From: Anaerolineae bacterium
GTDB lineage: Bacteria; Chloroflexota; Anaerolineae; UBA1429
NCBI GenBank assembly: GCA_963675785.1
Contig: OY776562.1
Location: 3,153,758 to 3,217,757 of the forward strand
DNA: 64,000 nucleotides
Direction of reading: 5' to 3'
Of this stretch, positions 11,871 through 21,820 are shown piece after piece. Numbering within the stretch: position 1 is the first letter of the stretch; each line of letters begins with the position of its first letter. A program made the position numbers and the translations under genes. The notes under the pieces were generated by a model. That model saw nothing but the letters and a program-made list of their open reading frames with translations. It did no database searches and had not been told where the DNA came from.

Positions 11871-13030
11871 TAGTCGATACGTTTATGGGTTACCCACGCC
11901 CTGATGGGCATGTGGGTGTACGCAATTTGGTGGCGGTAATCCCTTCTTGTGGCTGCGCCAACCATGCTGCTCGACTGATTGCCTCGGCTGTGCCCGGGGC
12001 CGTCTTGATCGATTATCAGGGTGGTTGCAGCCAGACCGAGATGGACCTGGGCCTGGCTATGCGCATTTTGACGCAGATGGGCCAGCACCCCAACGTCATC
12101 GGCTCGGTGGTAGTGAGCTTGGGCTGTGAATCGCTGGATGCTCACGGGCTGACTGAGCAGATCGGCCGGGGATGGGCACCCTGTGAGCTTGTGGTCATTC
12201 AAGAGGTGGGTGGTACTCGCGCGGCCGTGGAACGTGGCTGCCAATACGCACGAGAGATGGCTCAGCAGGCTATGCAAAAGCGCCAGCCTTGCCCCGCCTC
12301 TTCTTTGCTGGTGGGCCTGGAGTGCGGTGGCTCGGACGCTACCTCGGGGCTGGCGGCCAACCCGGCGGTGGGCGCTTTTACCGATCGCCTCATTGCTCAG
12401 GGAGGCTCTGCCATTCTCTCAGAGACCAGCGAGTTGCTGGGAGCAGAGCACATTCTCTCTAACTTGGCGGCCAACGATGCTGTGCGCAAGGCCATGCTGG
12501 CCATCGTCAAGCGGGTAGAGCTTCAACTCAAGGCCACGGGCGAGGATTTGCAGGGCAAGCAGCCCAGTCCCGGCAATATCGAGGGGGGCATTACCACGGT
12601 GGAAGAAAAGGCCCTGGGCGACGTGCTCAAGGGTGGTTCTTCGCCCATTGTGGATGTGCTCGAGTACGGCGAATTGCCACGCGTCGCCGGCCTTTCGTTT
12701 ATGGATACACCGGGCAATGATCCGGCTTCGGTGACGGCCATGGCTGCTGCGGGCTGCCAAATCGTCACCTTTACCACAGGGCGCGGTACGCCTTTGGGCA
12801 ATGCCCTGGCCCCCGTGCTCAAGATCACGGCCAATGGAGAGACCTACCGGCGTATGGGTAGCGATATCGATATCGATGCCAGCAGTATCATCAGCAGCCA
12901 GGCGACCATTGCCGAGGTAGGCCAGTGCATCTATGAGGCTGTGCTGGCTGCAGCCTCGGGTGAGCCGACCAGCGCCGAATTTGCCGGACATAATGAATTC
13001 GCTATTGTGCGTAACGGGCCTACTTACTGA
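11867..13030 (+). CDS. UxaA/GarD-family sugar-acid dehydratase, large subunit
   Basis: GYPRPDGHVGVRN, LECGGSD, SPGNIEGGITTVEEKALG, FTTGRG; ATGA overlap with the small subunit. Confidence 0.9.
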   Translation: MIVDTFMGYPRPDGHVGVRNLVAVIPSCGCANHAARLIASAVPGAVLIDYQGGCSQTEMDLGLAMRILTQMGQHPNVIGSVVVSLGCESLDAHGLTEQIGRGWAPCELVVIQEVGGTRAAVERGCQYAREMAQQAMQKRQPCPASSLLVGLECGGSDATSGLAANPAVGAFTDRLIAQGGSAILSETSELLGAEHILSNLAANDAVRKAMLAIVKRVELQLKATGEDLQGKQPSPGNIEGGITTVEEKALGDVLKGGSSPIVDVLEYGELPRVAGLSFMDTPGNDPASVTAMAAAGCQIVTFTTGRGTPLGNALAPVLKITANGETYRRMGSDIDIDASSIISSQATIAEVGQCIYEAVLAAASGEPTSAEFAGHNEFAIVRNGPTY

Positions 13031-13869
13031 TCTGAGAGCATCTCTCCTAGGCCATAAAAGCGAATAGCATTGTCCCCCAGGATGTCAGAGGCTGAGGGAC
13101 CTTGATCAGCACAATAATCGGCAATCACATCGATGACCTGGGCATAACTGCCGGCCAGGGTGCACACCGGCCAATCCGAACCCAGCATCAAGCGGTCAGG
13201 ACCAAAGGCGTCATAAACGACATCGATATAGGGCCGCAGGTCAGTGAGCTGCCAATGCTGCCAATCGGCTTCGGTCACCATGCCCGAGAGTTTGCAATAT
13301 ACTGTCGGGGCTTGGGCCAGGCGGCGGATATCTTCTTCCCAGCCGTTCATTGCCCCCAAGGCGATGGGCGGCTTGGCCAGATGATCCAATACAAAAGGTT
13401 GATCGGGGCAGAGATCAACCAGTTCAGAGGCGGCTTGAAGCTGATTGGGTCTCACCAGCAGGTCATAAGTGAGACCGTAGCTACCCAATAGCTGGACACC
13501 CCGCACGAAATCGTTCCCCAGTATGAAATCTGTTTCGGGTTCGTCCTCCACCACGTGGCGCACGCCAACGAACTGTCTCTCTATGCTAAACAGTTCCAGT
13601 TGCTCTTCCACCCTGTCAGAACGCAGGTCAACCCAGCCCACTACGCCTTTGATGAAATCATACTTGTCAGCCAATTCCAAAAGCCAACGCGTCTCTTCCA
13701 GCGTTTGGCGAGCCTGTACGGCTACGGTGCCACCCATATCCAGAGCTGTAAGCAGTGGATGCAAATGCGCAGGTAGGTAATCGCGCTTGAGTGCGTCCAT
13801 CTTGGCGCCCATCCAGCTGTATTCTTCATCATTGTAGTGCCAAAAATGCTGATGTGCGTCGATTTTCAT
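13024..13869 (-). CDS. amidohydrolase_2 family, L-fuconolactonase-like
   Basis: MKIDAHQHFW, VLDHLAKP, KLSG, GSDWPV. True start 13869, overlapping the upstream stop. Confidence 0.87.
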   Translation of the reverse strand: MKIDAHQHFWHYNDEEYSWMGAKMDALKRDYLPAHLHPLLTALDMGGTVAVQARQTLEETRWLLELADKYDFIKGVVGWVDLRSDRVEEQLELFSIERQFVGVRHVVEDEPETDFILGNDFVRGVQLLGSYGLTYDLLVRPNQLQAASELVDLCPDQPFVLDHLAKPPIALGAMNGWEEDIRRLAQAPTVYCKLSGMVTEADWQHWQLTDLRPYIDVVYDAFGPDRLMLGSDWPVCTLAGSYAQVIDVIADYCADQGPSASDILGDNAIRFYGLGEMLSDQ

Positions 13870-14831
13870 GCTCTGGCCTCCATAGCGCCGTCGTCGAAAT
13901 TTTCGGGTAGACCCGACTGCCAGGGGATGTTTTTGACCGGCCCGAGGATGGCAACAACGCCCGCCAACAGTTCGGGGTCTGGGGTGATGCCCACGTTGGC
14001 AATATTCTTTTCCACATGACGCGTTTTGCTCATGCCCACCAGGGTGGTGGCGGCGCGCTCGTAGCCCAGGGCATATTGCATGGCTAGATCGGCAATATCC
14101 ACGCCGCGCTCGTGGCAATAGACGGCTGCCTCGCGCCCGGCTTGGATGACCGATGCAGGAGAGGGGTGCCATTCAGGTGCACCCTTTTCGGTGAGCACGC
14201 GCATGTGTAATGGCGAGGCGTTGATCAGCCCCGGCCCCTTTTCTTCGATTAGCGAACCCAGGCGGTTTTCTAAAGCGTCATCGAGTAGATTATAGCGGCA
14301 ATAGGAGAGCACCGTATCCACTTCTGAGGCTTCGATGAGGTCCTTTAGTATGTTCAGTCCATAGCCAGTGACGCCCACGAAGCGAACCTTGCCGGTCTCC
14401 TTGAGGCGCAGCATGGCGGGGATGGTTTCGTTCAGGATTTGCTCTTTATGGCCAAACTCGACATCGTGAATCTGGTAGACATCGATATGATCGGTCTGGA
14501 GGCGCATCAGGCTCTCTTCGATGGAGCGAACCACGCGCTCGGCGGAAAAATCAAATCCGTCGGGCAGTGCCTGGTCATAACGACAGGCTTTGGTAGCCCA
14601 AATTACCTGGTTGCGATGTCCTACCAACGCCTCGCCGAGGCGGGTTTCGGCCAAGGTACGGCCGTAATAAGGGGCTACATCGAAATAGTTGATGCCCTGA
14701 TCAATGGCTGCATGTACGGCACGAACACCTTCGGCGGGATCGGCGGCGCCGAACTCGTTTCCCAACGGCGAAGCGCCATAACCTAAAATAGATACATCGA
14801 GACCTGTTTTGCCTAACGTTCTATAGAGCAC
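13866..14831 (-). CDS. aldo/keto reductase, L-galactose/L-fucose/D-arabinose 1-dehydrogenase-like
   Basis: GYGASPLG, DVAPYYG, QIHDVEF, LSYCRYNL resemble the L-galactose dehydrogenase subfamily. Confidence 0.8.
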   Translation of the reverse strand: MLYRTLGKTGLDVSILGYGASPLGNEFGAADPAEGVRAVHAAIDQGINYFDVAPYYGRTLAETRLGEALVGHRNQVIWATKACRYDQALPDGFDFSAERVVRSIEESLMRLQTDHIDVYQIHDVEFGHKEQILNETIPAMLRLKETGKVRFVGVTGYGLNILKDLIEASEVDTVLSYCRYNLLDDALENRLGSLIEEKGPGLINASPLHMRVLTEKGAPEWHPSPASVIQAGREAAVYCHERGVDIADLAMQYALGYERAATTLVGMSKTRHVEKNIANVGITPDPELLAGVVAILGPVKNIPWQSGLPENFDDGAMEARA

Positions 14832-14834
14832 GTT

Positions 14835-16220
14835 TTACACTCCTGTGTTCGCCATCGACCAGCAACAAACGCACTGTAAGGTAAGGGCTTTCTCACTTGC
14901 TGAGAGCGAGAGGACTTCGGCCGAGTCGCTCTCGGGATAGGCTCTCCCCGTCAGGGCATAACGCTCGTTTACCAACACCTCGATGACCGAGACATCGACA
15001 TAAATAGCCAGATGTAATGGTTCGCCCTCATCTAGTTGTACGTTGACCTTGACTATCTCGCTATAGGTATCGGGATTGCTGCTGGCCTGGGTAGTGTCCA
15101 GTGTCAGACTGGTGTGCCCATCCCAATGGAGGAGGCAAGCTTCGCTACCATCCGCTGCTGCCAGTATGCCAAGTGTGAAGGGGGCTGCCAAATCATCACT
15201 ACCGACTTGCAGACGTATTTCCAATTGTTTACCTCGGGTCAACTCGCAATGCGTGCCGGCAGGCAAGGTGATTCGCTCATCCAGCAGGCTCTGCTGACGG
15301 AGTGAATCTACCTCATCGGCGACACGCCAGGTGGGATGCCCTTTATCATCCAAGCCGATCTCGCGAGGCAGAGACATGACGCCCGACCAGCCGGCCTCGA
15401 TTTGTGCCGCTCGGCTACGCCCTTCGCGTAGCCAGCCCCACATGATGCGTCGGCCATCGGGAACCAACAGCGTTTGCGGGGCGTAGAATATCCGGCTGGC
15501 ATCCACATCGTACAAGTTTCGCCGGGTAAAGCGCTTATTGGCGTAATGCCCGGTCATGCACAGCACGCGATCCAGCGGGATTGGCGAAAAGATGAGCATG
15601 TGCTCCTCGTCCAGGGCAAAGAAGTTGGGGCATTCCCACATGGTGCCGGTATCGCTCATCTCACCCGAACAGAGTTGACCATCGTACTGCCAGTGGTAGA
15701 GATCGGGGGAGGAATAGCTGAGAATTGTGCCCCCCTGGTCAACTAGTCCCGATCCGATGATCATGTGCCATCCATCATTTTCGGCCCACACGCAGGGGTC
15801 ACGAAAGCCGGTGGTCTGCAATCCTGCAGGTGGGACGGCGACGACGGGGTTTGCCGTCGGTTTTTGAAAGGTGCGCAGGCCATCGCGACTTTCGGCAATA
15901 CACTGAGTTTCGGGTTTTATACCGGTATAGACCAGTGTAGGTACACCCTGATTATTCACCGCGCAGCCAGAATAGCAGCCGGCCCAGTCTGGGCTGCCAG
16001 GGATAGGCGCTAGCGCCATGGCCCAGTGCTCCCAGTGGAGCATGTCTTGGCTGACGACGTGCCCCCAGTGAATGGTGCCGTGGAAGGCGCCATAGGGGTT
16101 GTACTGGTAGAACATGTGATACCGGCCCTGATGGTAAATCAGGCCATTGGGATCGTTCATCCAGTTGGCCGTGGGCGCAAAATGATACCCCGGGCGATGC
16201 CGGTGGTCGAAACCTCCCAT
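14835..16220 (-). CDS. GH32 glycoside hydrolase (beta-fructofuranosidase fold)
   Basis: WMNDPNG, RDP and WECP catalytic motifs. Confidence 0.92.
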   Translation of the reverse strand: MGGFDHRHRPGYHFAPTANWMNDPNGLIYHQGRYHMFYQYNPYGAFHGTIHWGHVVSQDMLHWEHWAMALAPIPGSPDWAGCYSGCAVNNQGVPTLVYTGIKPETQCIAESRDGLRTFQKPTANPVVAVPPAGLQTTGFRDPCVWAENDGWHMIIGSGLVDQGGTILSYSSPDLYHWQYDGQLCSGEMSDTGTMWECPNFFALDEEHMLIFSPIPLDRVLCMTGHYANKRFTRRNLYDVDASRIFYAPQTLLVPDGRRIMWGWLREGRSRAAQIEAGWSGVMSLPREIGLDDKGHPTWRVADEVDSLRQQSLLDERITLPAGTHCELTRGKQLEIRLQVGSDDLAAPFTLGILAAADGSEACLLHWDGHTSLTLDTTQASSNPDTYSEIVKVNVQLDEGEPLHLAIYVDVSVIEVLVNERYALTGRAYPESDSAEVLSLSASEKALTLQCVCCWSMANTGV

Positions 16221-16286
16221 GACACGCTCCTTTGTTTTTACACGTTAGCAGGGGATGCGCATTTTTTATGCGCATCCCCTGGGTTA

Positions 16287-17576
16287 TTACTTGAGGAAGA
16301 GCTCGATGACGGGAACCTCGACGTTGGGTTGAACAACGGGTAGTTCGAGGATCAGGCTGGTATCGGTGGCGCCGAGCTGCTGCATGTGCCAGTCATTCTC
16401 GCCGGGGAACTGGACCTCAGATGCATCGTGGAGCAGTTGGGCGTATTCCACCTTGCCCCGCAGGCCATCTAGCTTGAGATGGCGAATGGGCCAGGCGAAG
16501 ACGTACACATAAAGGCGGTTGGTCTCTGGATTATAAGTGAGGCGGCAATCCTTGGGCGCTGCGAACTCTTTTGGCGCCTGAGTACAGCCATAGATGGCGC
16601 GGCTATTGCGCTTCATCCACTCGCCCATGGCCTCCAGGCTACTGATGGCCCGACTATCGAATTCGCCGCGACCGGTGGGTCCAACATTGAGCAGCAGGTT
16701 GCCACCCTTGCTGACGGTATCGACGAGCAGCATGAGCAGCTGTTTGGGGCTCTTCCAGGTGGCCTCATCGCGATGGTATCCCCAAGAGCCGGAAAAGGTC
16801 TGGCAGGTTTCCCACAGCACCTTTTGGCCGTTGTATTCGACCCAATCGTCGACCATGACCTGCTCGGGCGTCTTGACGTCCCAACCATAATCAGTGTCCA
16901 TCAAATCCAGGCGGTCGTTGACGATGATGCCTGGCTGGAGCTCGCGCACCATTTTGATCAGCTCCTCGGACTCCCAATCGTTGTGGCCTTTGCCGTCGTC
17001 ACCAGGGTAGGAGAAATCGAAAAAGATATAGTCGATCTTACCGTACTCGGTGAGTAGCTCGCGCACCTGATTGCGCAGGTATTCGGCGTACTTGGCCACG
17101 TCGCGACACTTGGTAGTTTCGCGAAAAGCGGCGTCATCGCGCTGGGGATGTCGGGAATCCACGGGGAAATCGGGGTGGTGCCAATCCAGCAGTGAGTGAT
17201 AAAAGCCGACCTTGAGACCTTCGGCGCGGAAAGCCTCTACCATAGGGCGAAGCAGGTCTTTGCCATAGGGAGTGTTGGTCACCTTGTAATCGGTGTATTT
17301 AGAATCCCACAGGCAAAAGCCCTCGTGATGTTTGGTGGTGATGCAGAAATACTTCATGCCGGCTATTTTGGCCATGTGTGCCCATTCCTGAGGATCATAG
17401 AGATCGGGATTGAAATGGGTGAAATAGCGCTCATAACGCTCGTCGGTCATGCGCTCCATGTTCTTGAGCCACTCGTGACGAGCACCCAGAGAGTACAACC
17501 CCCAGTGAATGAACATGCCTAGCCGATCATGCACGAACCAATCTGTGTCGCCCAAACCCCTGCGTACGTCGTCCAT
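16287..17576 (-). CDS. GH29 alpha-L-fucosidase
   Basis: GMFIHWGLYS, TTKHHEGFCLW, SWGY, VSKGGNLLLNVGP. Confidence 0.93.
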   Translation of the reverse strand: MDDVRRGLGDTDWFVHDRLGMFIHWGLYSLGARHEWLKNMERMTDERYERYFTHFNPDLYDPQEWAHMAKIAGMKYFCITTKHHEGFCLWDSKYTDYKVTNTPYGKDLLRPMVEAFRAEGLKVGFYHSLLDWHHPDFPVDSRHPQRDDAAFRETTKCRDVAKYAEYLRNQVRELLTEYGKIDYIFFDFSYPGDDGKGHNDWESEELIKMVRELQPGIIVNDRLDLMDTDYGWDVKTPEQVMVDDWVEYNGQKVLWETCQTFSGSWGYHRDEATWKSPKQLLMLLVDTVSKGGNLLLNVGPTGRGEFDSRAISSLEAMGEWMKRNSRAIYGCTQAPKEFAAPKDCRLTYNPETNRLYVYVFAWPIRHLKLDGLRGKVEYAQLLHDASEVQFPGENDWHMQQLGATDTSLILELPVVQPNVEVPVIELFLK

Positions 17577-17591
17577 ATTTCTCCTCTGTTT

Positions 17592-19568
17592 CTATGCAAA
17601 AGTGATGCAAATCATCTGATGACCGCGAATTTCGGGGACGGTGAGATGGAGCACGTCATCCTGGCTGAAACCCAGAGCTGTGCCCTGAGGCTCGCAGGTG
17701 ACGGTTTTAACGGGACGTTCGCAGGCAATCTCTAGACCAACGTTGTAGAGCGGAATGATGTCCTCGATGATATCCATATCCTGGCAACGTCGCTCAGGGA
17801 TGTAATGCAGCAAGTGAACTACCTGTCGATTGAACTGCGCCTGCTCGTTGAGCGTGACTTTTAAGGTTGAAGGCCCATCGTGTTTCACCAGTGTGCGCCC
17901 TAACAGCATACGCATGGCGTTGTGTACCAGCAGCTTGCACCAGTTCGGCGCATTTTGAGCGTACTGGGAGAATAGGGGATGGGCGAAATAGATGATCTGC
18001 CCCTGTTGTGTCACCGCCGGATAGCCCGACTCGCCGGAGGAGGGCGTGTGGCGGTGAGAGCAATAGTGTTTGTAGGTGCGGTTGAAATAGGGGATGACCG
18101 TCTCACAAAGGACGTGTGTCTCACCTTGCGGCACCACCAAGGCCCCCTGCTTGTACATCACGTATTCGGTATGGCGCAAGCCTTCGCCCATGGCGCCTTC
18201 GGGCACGATGAAATCGGGGCTGTAAGGAGCATCGCCCTTGAAAGTTAGCCCAAAGAAAGCCGGGTACTGCCCCGTGATAGGATTCAAGCCGCCGCGATAA
18301 GAGGCGATAATACTGCCACCCTTGGCTACAAAGGCCGCCAGTTTCTTTTCCAGGGCCTGATCGCAAGGAATCTCGTCGGGCAGGATGACCAGTCGATAGC
18401 CCTCAATCTCCGCCTCGGTGTCGATGAAATCGAACTGAAAGCCGCCTTCCTCCATGATGTGCAGGGCTCCGCTGCTGGTAGCCGGCACGCGCTCGTCGCC
18501 GAATTGCTCGGCGGAATAGACGGCGATCTCGGTGAGGGGCTTGGCACCCACGCACCAGGGCTCTTTGGCTTCCACTTGGCTGTAGACCGCGCCGATTAGG
18601 TCATAGACATCGGGGTCGATTTGGCCCGAGGGATGCAGTTGATCGCCGATGGAGCACTTGGCACCCAGGGCCAGCATGTTGAAACACTCGAACTCTAATG
18701 CTGCCTGGTTTTTAAAAGAGTGAAAATCGCCCCAGGAAGTGTGAAACTTGCCAGTCATGCCCAGGCAATCCAAGCCCAGGGTGCGGGCGTAGCGCATCGA
18801 GACGGGGAAATGATCGTATCCCCAGCCGCCACTGGGCAACGATTCCAGCTCAAAGTGCGAGTGGGCGTCGCGAGAAGCGCGGTGCCGGTAGCCGATGTGA
18901 CCGGGGTTATAGAATATGGTGCATTCAGGGTTGCGCGCCCAGATCATAGTGCTGAGTTCATTCATAAATTCATTAAGACTGGCCAGGCCAAAGGCCTTGC
19001 GGTCGGTTTCGTCGGAGGGCTCTAATCCCTGTTCGACCATCTTTTCACGGCAGTAGCGGCAAGAGCAATCCATGGGGGCGGTGATGTCAAAGAAAAAGCC
19101 ATCGGTAGGCAACAAATCCATGATCTCATTGGCCTGGGCCTTGAGGAACTCGCGATAGGGCGTATTGATGCACAAGCGCCGGTAAAAGCCGGCCTCGTAA
19201 GGCGGCGTGCCTTCCAAACTGCCGTTGGGGTTGACCACGCGCCATTCGGGGTGCAGGTTGGCGGTGTACTGATCCCATTGCACAGTGACATAGATGGGCA
19301 CGCGGATATCCAGCTTGTGGCAGGCCTCGATCTGCTCGGCCAGCAGATTGCGCGAGAGGTGAGGGTGCCTTCTCTCGGGGAACAGCTTGGAATCGTAATA
19401 GTTCCAGCCGTGGTGCCCGCGGGCAAAGCAGGTTACCGAGTTGACATGGGCATGGGCCAGGGTAGTGGCAAACTCGTCGGCATCAAAATCATCGCCTATG
19501 CCGACGATAGCCTCGCTGGTGTGAAAGTCGAGATGTATCTGGCGGAATCGCAGTTCGGTGCGCGTCAT
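17592..19568 (-). CDS. GH151-like alpha-L-fucosidase (beta-galactosidase trimerization domain)
   Basis: LRFRQIHLDFHTSE, ELESLPSGGWGY, MTGKFHTSWGDF, IGDQLHP. Confidence 0.8.
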   Translation of the reverse strand: MTRTELRFRQIHLDFHTSEAIVGIGDDFDADEFATTLAHAHVNSVTCFARGHHGWNYYDSKLFPERRHPHLSRNLLAEQIEACHKLDIRVPIYVTVQWDQYTANLHPEWRVVNPNGSLEGTPPYEAGFYRRLCINTPYREFLKAQANEIMDLLPTDGFFFDITAPMDCSCRYCREKMVEQGLEPSDETDRKAFGLASLNEFMNELSTMIWARNPECTIFYNPGHIGYRHRASRDAHSHFELESLPSGGWGYDHFPVSMRYARTLGLDCLGMTGKFHTSWGDFHSFKNQAALEFECFNMLALGAKCSIGDQLHPSGQIDPDVYDLIGAVYSQVEAKEPWCVGAKPLTEIAVYSAEQFGDERVPATSSGALHIMEEGGFQFDFIDTEAEIEGYRLVILPDEIPCDQALEKKLAAFVAKGGSIIASYRGGLNPITGQYPAFFGLTFKGDAPYSPDFIVPEGAMGEGLRHTEYVMYKQGALVVPQGETHVLCETVIPYFNRTYKHYCSHRHTPSSGESGYPAVTQQGQIIYFAHPLFSQYAQNAPNWCKLLVHNAMRMLLGRTLVKHDGPSTLKVTLNEQAQFNRQVVHLLHYIPERRCQDMDIIEDIIPLYNVGLEIACERPVKTVTCEPQGTALGFSQDDVLHLTVPEIRGHQMICITFA

Positions 19569-19630
19569 GGGCAGCCTCCAAAAAGAGTACGACGCGCCAA
19601 GCATACTATGTTCCGTCCTGCTGGCAAAGC

Positions 19631-19662
19631 AAAAGCGGGCAGCCTGTCAAGGCTGCCCGCTT
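19631..19662 (-). terminator. lysS terminator
   Basis: 12-bp stem AAGCGGGCAGCC/GGCTGCCCGCTT with U-rich tail. Confidence 0.75.
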
Positions 19663-19675
19663 GGTTTTGTATTGG

Positions 19676-21142
19676 CTAGTTGCGCAATTGTGGAAAGAGA
19701 ATGACTTCGCGGATGGTAGCCTGGTTTGTATAGAGCATGACCATGCGGTCAATGCCAAAGCCCAGGCCGCCCGTGGGGGGCATACCATGTTCCATGGCCA
19801 ACAGGAAATCCTCATCCATGGGATGGGCCTCGTCGTCGCCCTCTTCAGAGTCGTGTCCTTGGGCAATGAATCGTTCACGCTGGTCGAGTGGGTCGTTGAG
19901 TTCGGAAAAGGCATTGCCGCATTCCATGCTGCCCATAAAAAACTCGAACCGTTCTACCAAATGCGGGGCATCTGGCTTGCGCTTGGCCAATGGAGAAATC
20001 TCGACGGGATAGTCGATGATAAAAGTGGGTTGAATCAAGCCCGGCTCGACGCACTCACCAAACAACTCATCCACCATCTTGCCCCAGGTAGGTTGCTCGG
20101 CCACGGGGAGTTTCTTTTCTCTGGCGGCGGCTAATAAGCTCTTGAGGTCGCGCAGTTCTTCGATATCCAAGCCGCTTCCCTCAAGGATGGCATCACGCAT
20201 GGTGATGCGCTTCCAGGGAGGTGTTAGATCAATCTCGTTATCCGCAAAAGTCAGGGTCATGGTGCCCAGTACTTTTTGAGCTACCGTCGACCAGAGGTCC
20301 TCCACTAAAGCCATGATGTTGTTGTAATCGGCATAGGCCTGATAGAGTTCAATGCTGGTGAACTCGGGGTTGTGCTTGGTGGAAATGCCCTCGTTACGAA
20401 AGTTATGGCCGATCTCATAGACGCGATCCAACCCGCCGATGATAAGCCGCTTGAGATAGAGCTCATCGGCGATGCGCAGATAGAGAGTGCGTTCCAACGC
20501 GTTATGTTGGGTGACAAAGGGCCGGGCCGCCGCGCCGCCATAGATAGGCTGTAACACTGGCGTCTCTACCTCAATAAACCCCTTTTCGTCCAGGTAACGG
20601 CGGATGGCGCTAATCATGCGCGTGCGCTTGACGAAAATATCGCGCGTTTCCTCGTTGACCATCAAATCCAGATAACGCTGTCGGTAACGGGTCTCTATAT
20701 CCTTGAGACCATGAAACTTTTCCGGCATGGGGCGTAGCGCCTTGGAAACGATTTGCACCGAATCGGCAAGAACGGTTACTTCGCCCGAGTGCGTGCGGAA
20801 TAATTCGCCCGAGACCGCGCAAAAGTCGCCTACATCAAGGGTTTTCTTAAAGGCAGCATAAGCCTCATCACCAACAAGATCCTTGCGAACGTAAAATTGT
20901 AGGCGCCCACTGCCATCTTGTAAATGGGCAAAGCTTGATTTGCCCATCACACGCACGGCCAACAGACGGCCGGCTACGGCGACGCGAACCTTTTCATCTT
21001 CGGGAGTGGCTTCAAAAGCAGCAATTGCTTCTGCGGCCGTATGGGTGCGCTCGATGCGTGCGGGATAGGGATCGATGCCCGATTCGCGCAACTCATCCAG
21101 CTTTTCGATGCGCAGGTCTCTCTGTTCGGTACTCTCTACCAT
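19676..21142 (-). CDS. lysS: lysine--tRNA ligase (class II)
   Basis: RYRQRYLDL, FRNEG..HNPEFT, GMPPTGGLGFGIDR. Confidence 0.98.
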   Translation of the reverse strand: MVESTEQRDLRIEKLDELRESGIDPYPARIERTHTAAEAIAAFEATPEDEKVRVAVAGRLLAVRVMGKSSFAHLQDGSGRLQFYVRKDLVGDEAYAAFKKTLDVGDFCAVSGELFRTHSGEVTVLADSVQIVSKALRPMPEKFHGLKDIETRYRQRYLDLMVNEETRDIFVKRTRMISAIRRYLDEKGFIEVETPVLQPIYGGAAARPFVTQHNALERTLYLRIADELYLKRLIIGGLDRVYEIGHNFRNEGISTKHNPEFTSIELYQAYADYNNIMALVEDLWSTVAQKVLGTMTLTFADNEIDLTPPWKRITMRDAILEGSGLDIEELRDLKSLLAAAREKKLPVAEQPTWGKMVDELFGECVEPGLIQPTFIIDYPVEISPLAKRKPDAPHLVERFEFFMGSMECGNAFSELNDPLDQRERFIAQGHDSEEGDDEAHPMDEDFLLAMEHGMPPTGGLGFGIDRMVMLYTNQATIREVILFPQLRN

Positions 21143-21162
21143 CAAAGGCTCCTGATATGGCG

Positions 21163-21627
21163 TTAGTTGATGTCAATAATCTCGAAAAAGATCTTTCCGC
21201 CGGGCGTTGCAACGCTCACTTTATCGCCCTTTTTGGCGCCCAGAAGAGCGCTTCCAATAGGGGACTCGTTAGATATCCGGCCATTTGCGGCATCGGCTTC
21301 AAAAGTACCTACGATGACAAAGGTTTCAGGCGCATAATTTTCTTCACGAACGGTGACTGTGGAGCCAATCTGGACATGGCCGTTCGACTTGCTCATATCG
21401 ATGACCTGCACGTTACGCAGAATGTTTTCGATTTCCTTGATGCGTCCTTCAAGAAATGCCTGGTCGCGTTTTGCTTCGGAATAGCCAACGTTCTCTCGCA
21501 AGTCACCCTCTTCAATCGCAGATTTGAGCTGCGCCGCCACTTCTTTGCGCCGAACATCCTGCAAATAAGCGAGTTCTTCCTCTAGCTTTTCCCGACCTTC
21601 ACGTGTTAGAACTTTATCTTCGGCCAT
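21163..21627 (-). CDS. greA: transcription elongation factor GreA
   Basis: GDLRENVGY, ISNESPIGSALLG. Confidence 0.95.
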   Translation of the reverse strand: MAEDKVLTREGREKLEEELAYLQDVRRKEVAAQLKSAIEEGDLRENVGYSEAKRDQAFLEGRIKEIENILRNVQVIDMSKSNGHVQIGSTVTVREENYAPETFVIVGTFEADAANGRISNESPIGSALLGAKKGDKVSVATPGGKIFFEIIDIN

Positions 21628-21652
21628 ATCAAACATACCTCTTTGGGGCTAT

Positions 21653-21728
21653 AAAAAAGCGCGCCAATCGGCGGCGCCTTGTGCACACCATGTTCTCTGA
21701 TTATACGTTGACGGCATGTCTGTGACAA
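21653..21728 (-). promoter_or_regulatory. greA promoter and leader terminator-like hairpin
   Basis: TTGTCA-17 nt-TATAAT, then GCGCC-gccgatt-GGCGC-GC-TTTTTT before the SD. Confidence 0.65.
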
Positions 21729-21820
21729 ACTTTTACGAAACGGACTTATGCGAGTCTAACGTATGGATAGCCCCTCTATGATAATCTAAGAGCATATTGT
21801 TCGCATCAAGGAGAATGACT

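Noticed and set aside
11860-11875. TGA between the dehydratase halves as a frameshift or Sec readthrough
   Set aside because: ATGA translational coupling; split UxaA-type subunits are common.
13870-14172. N-terminal extension of the lactonase ORF
   Set aside because: Out-of-frame overlap with the AKR gene; family similarity begins at MKIDAH.
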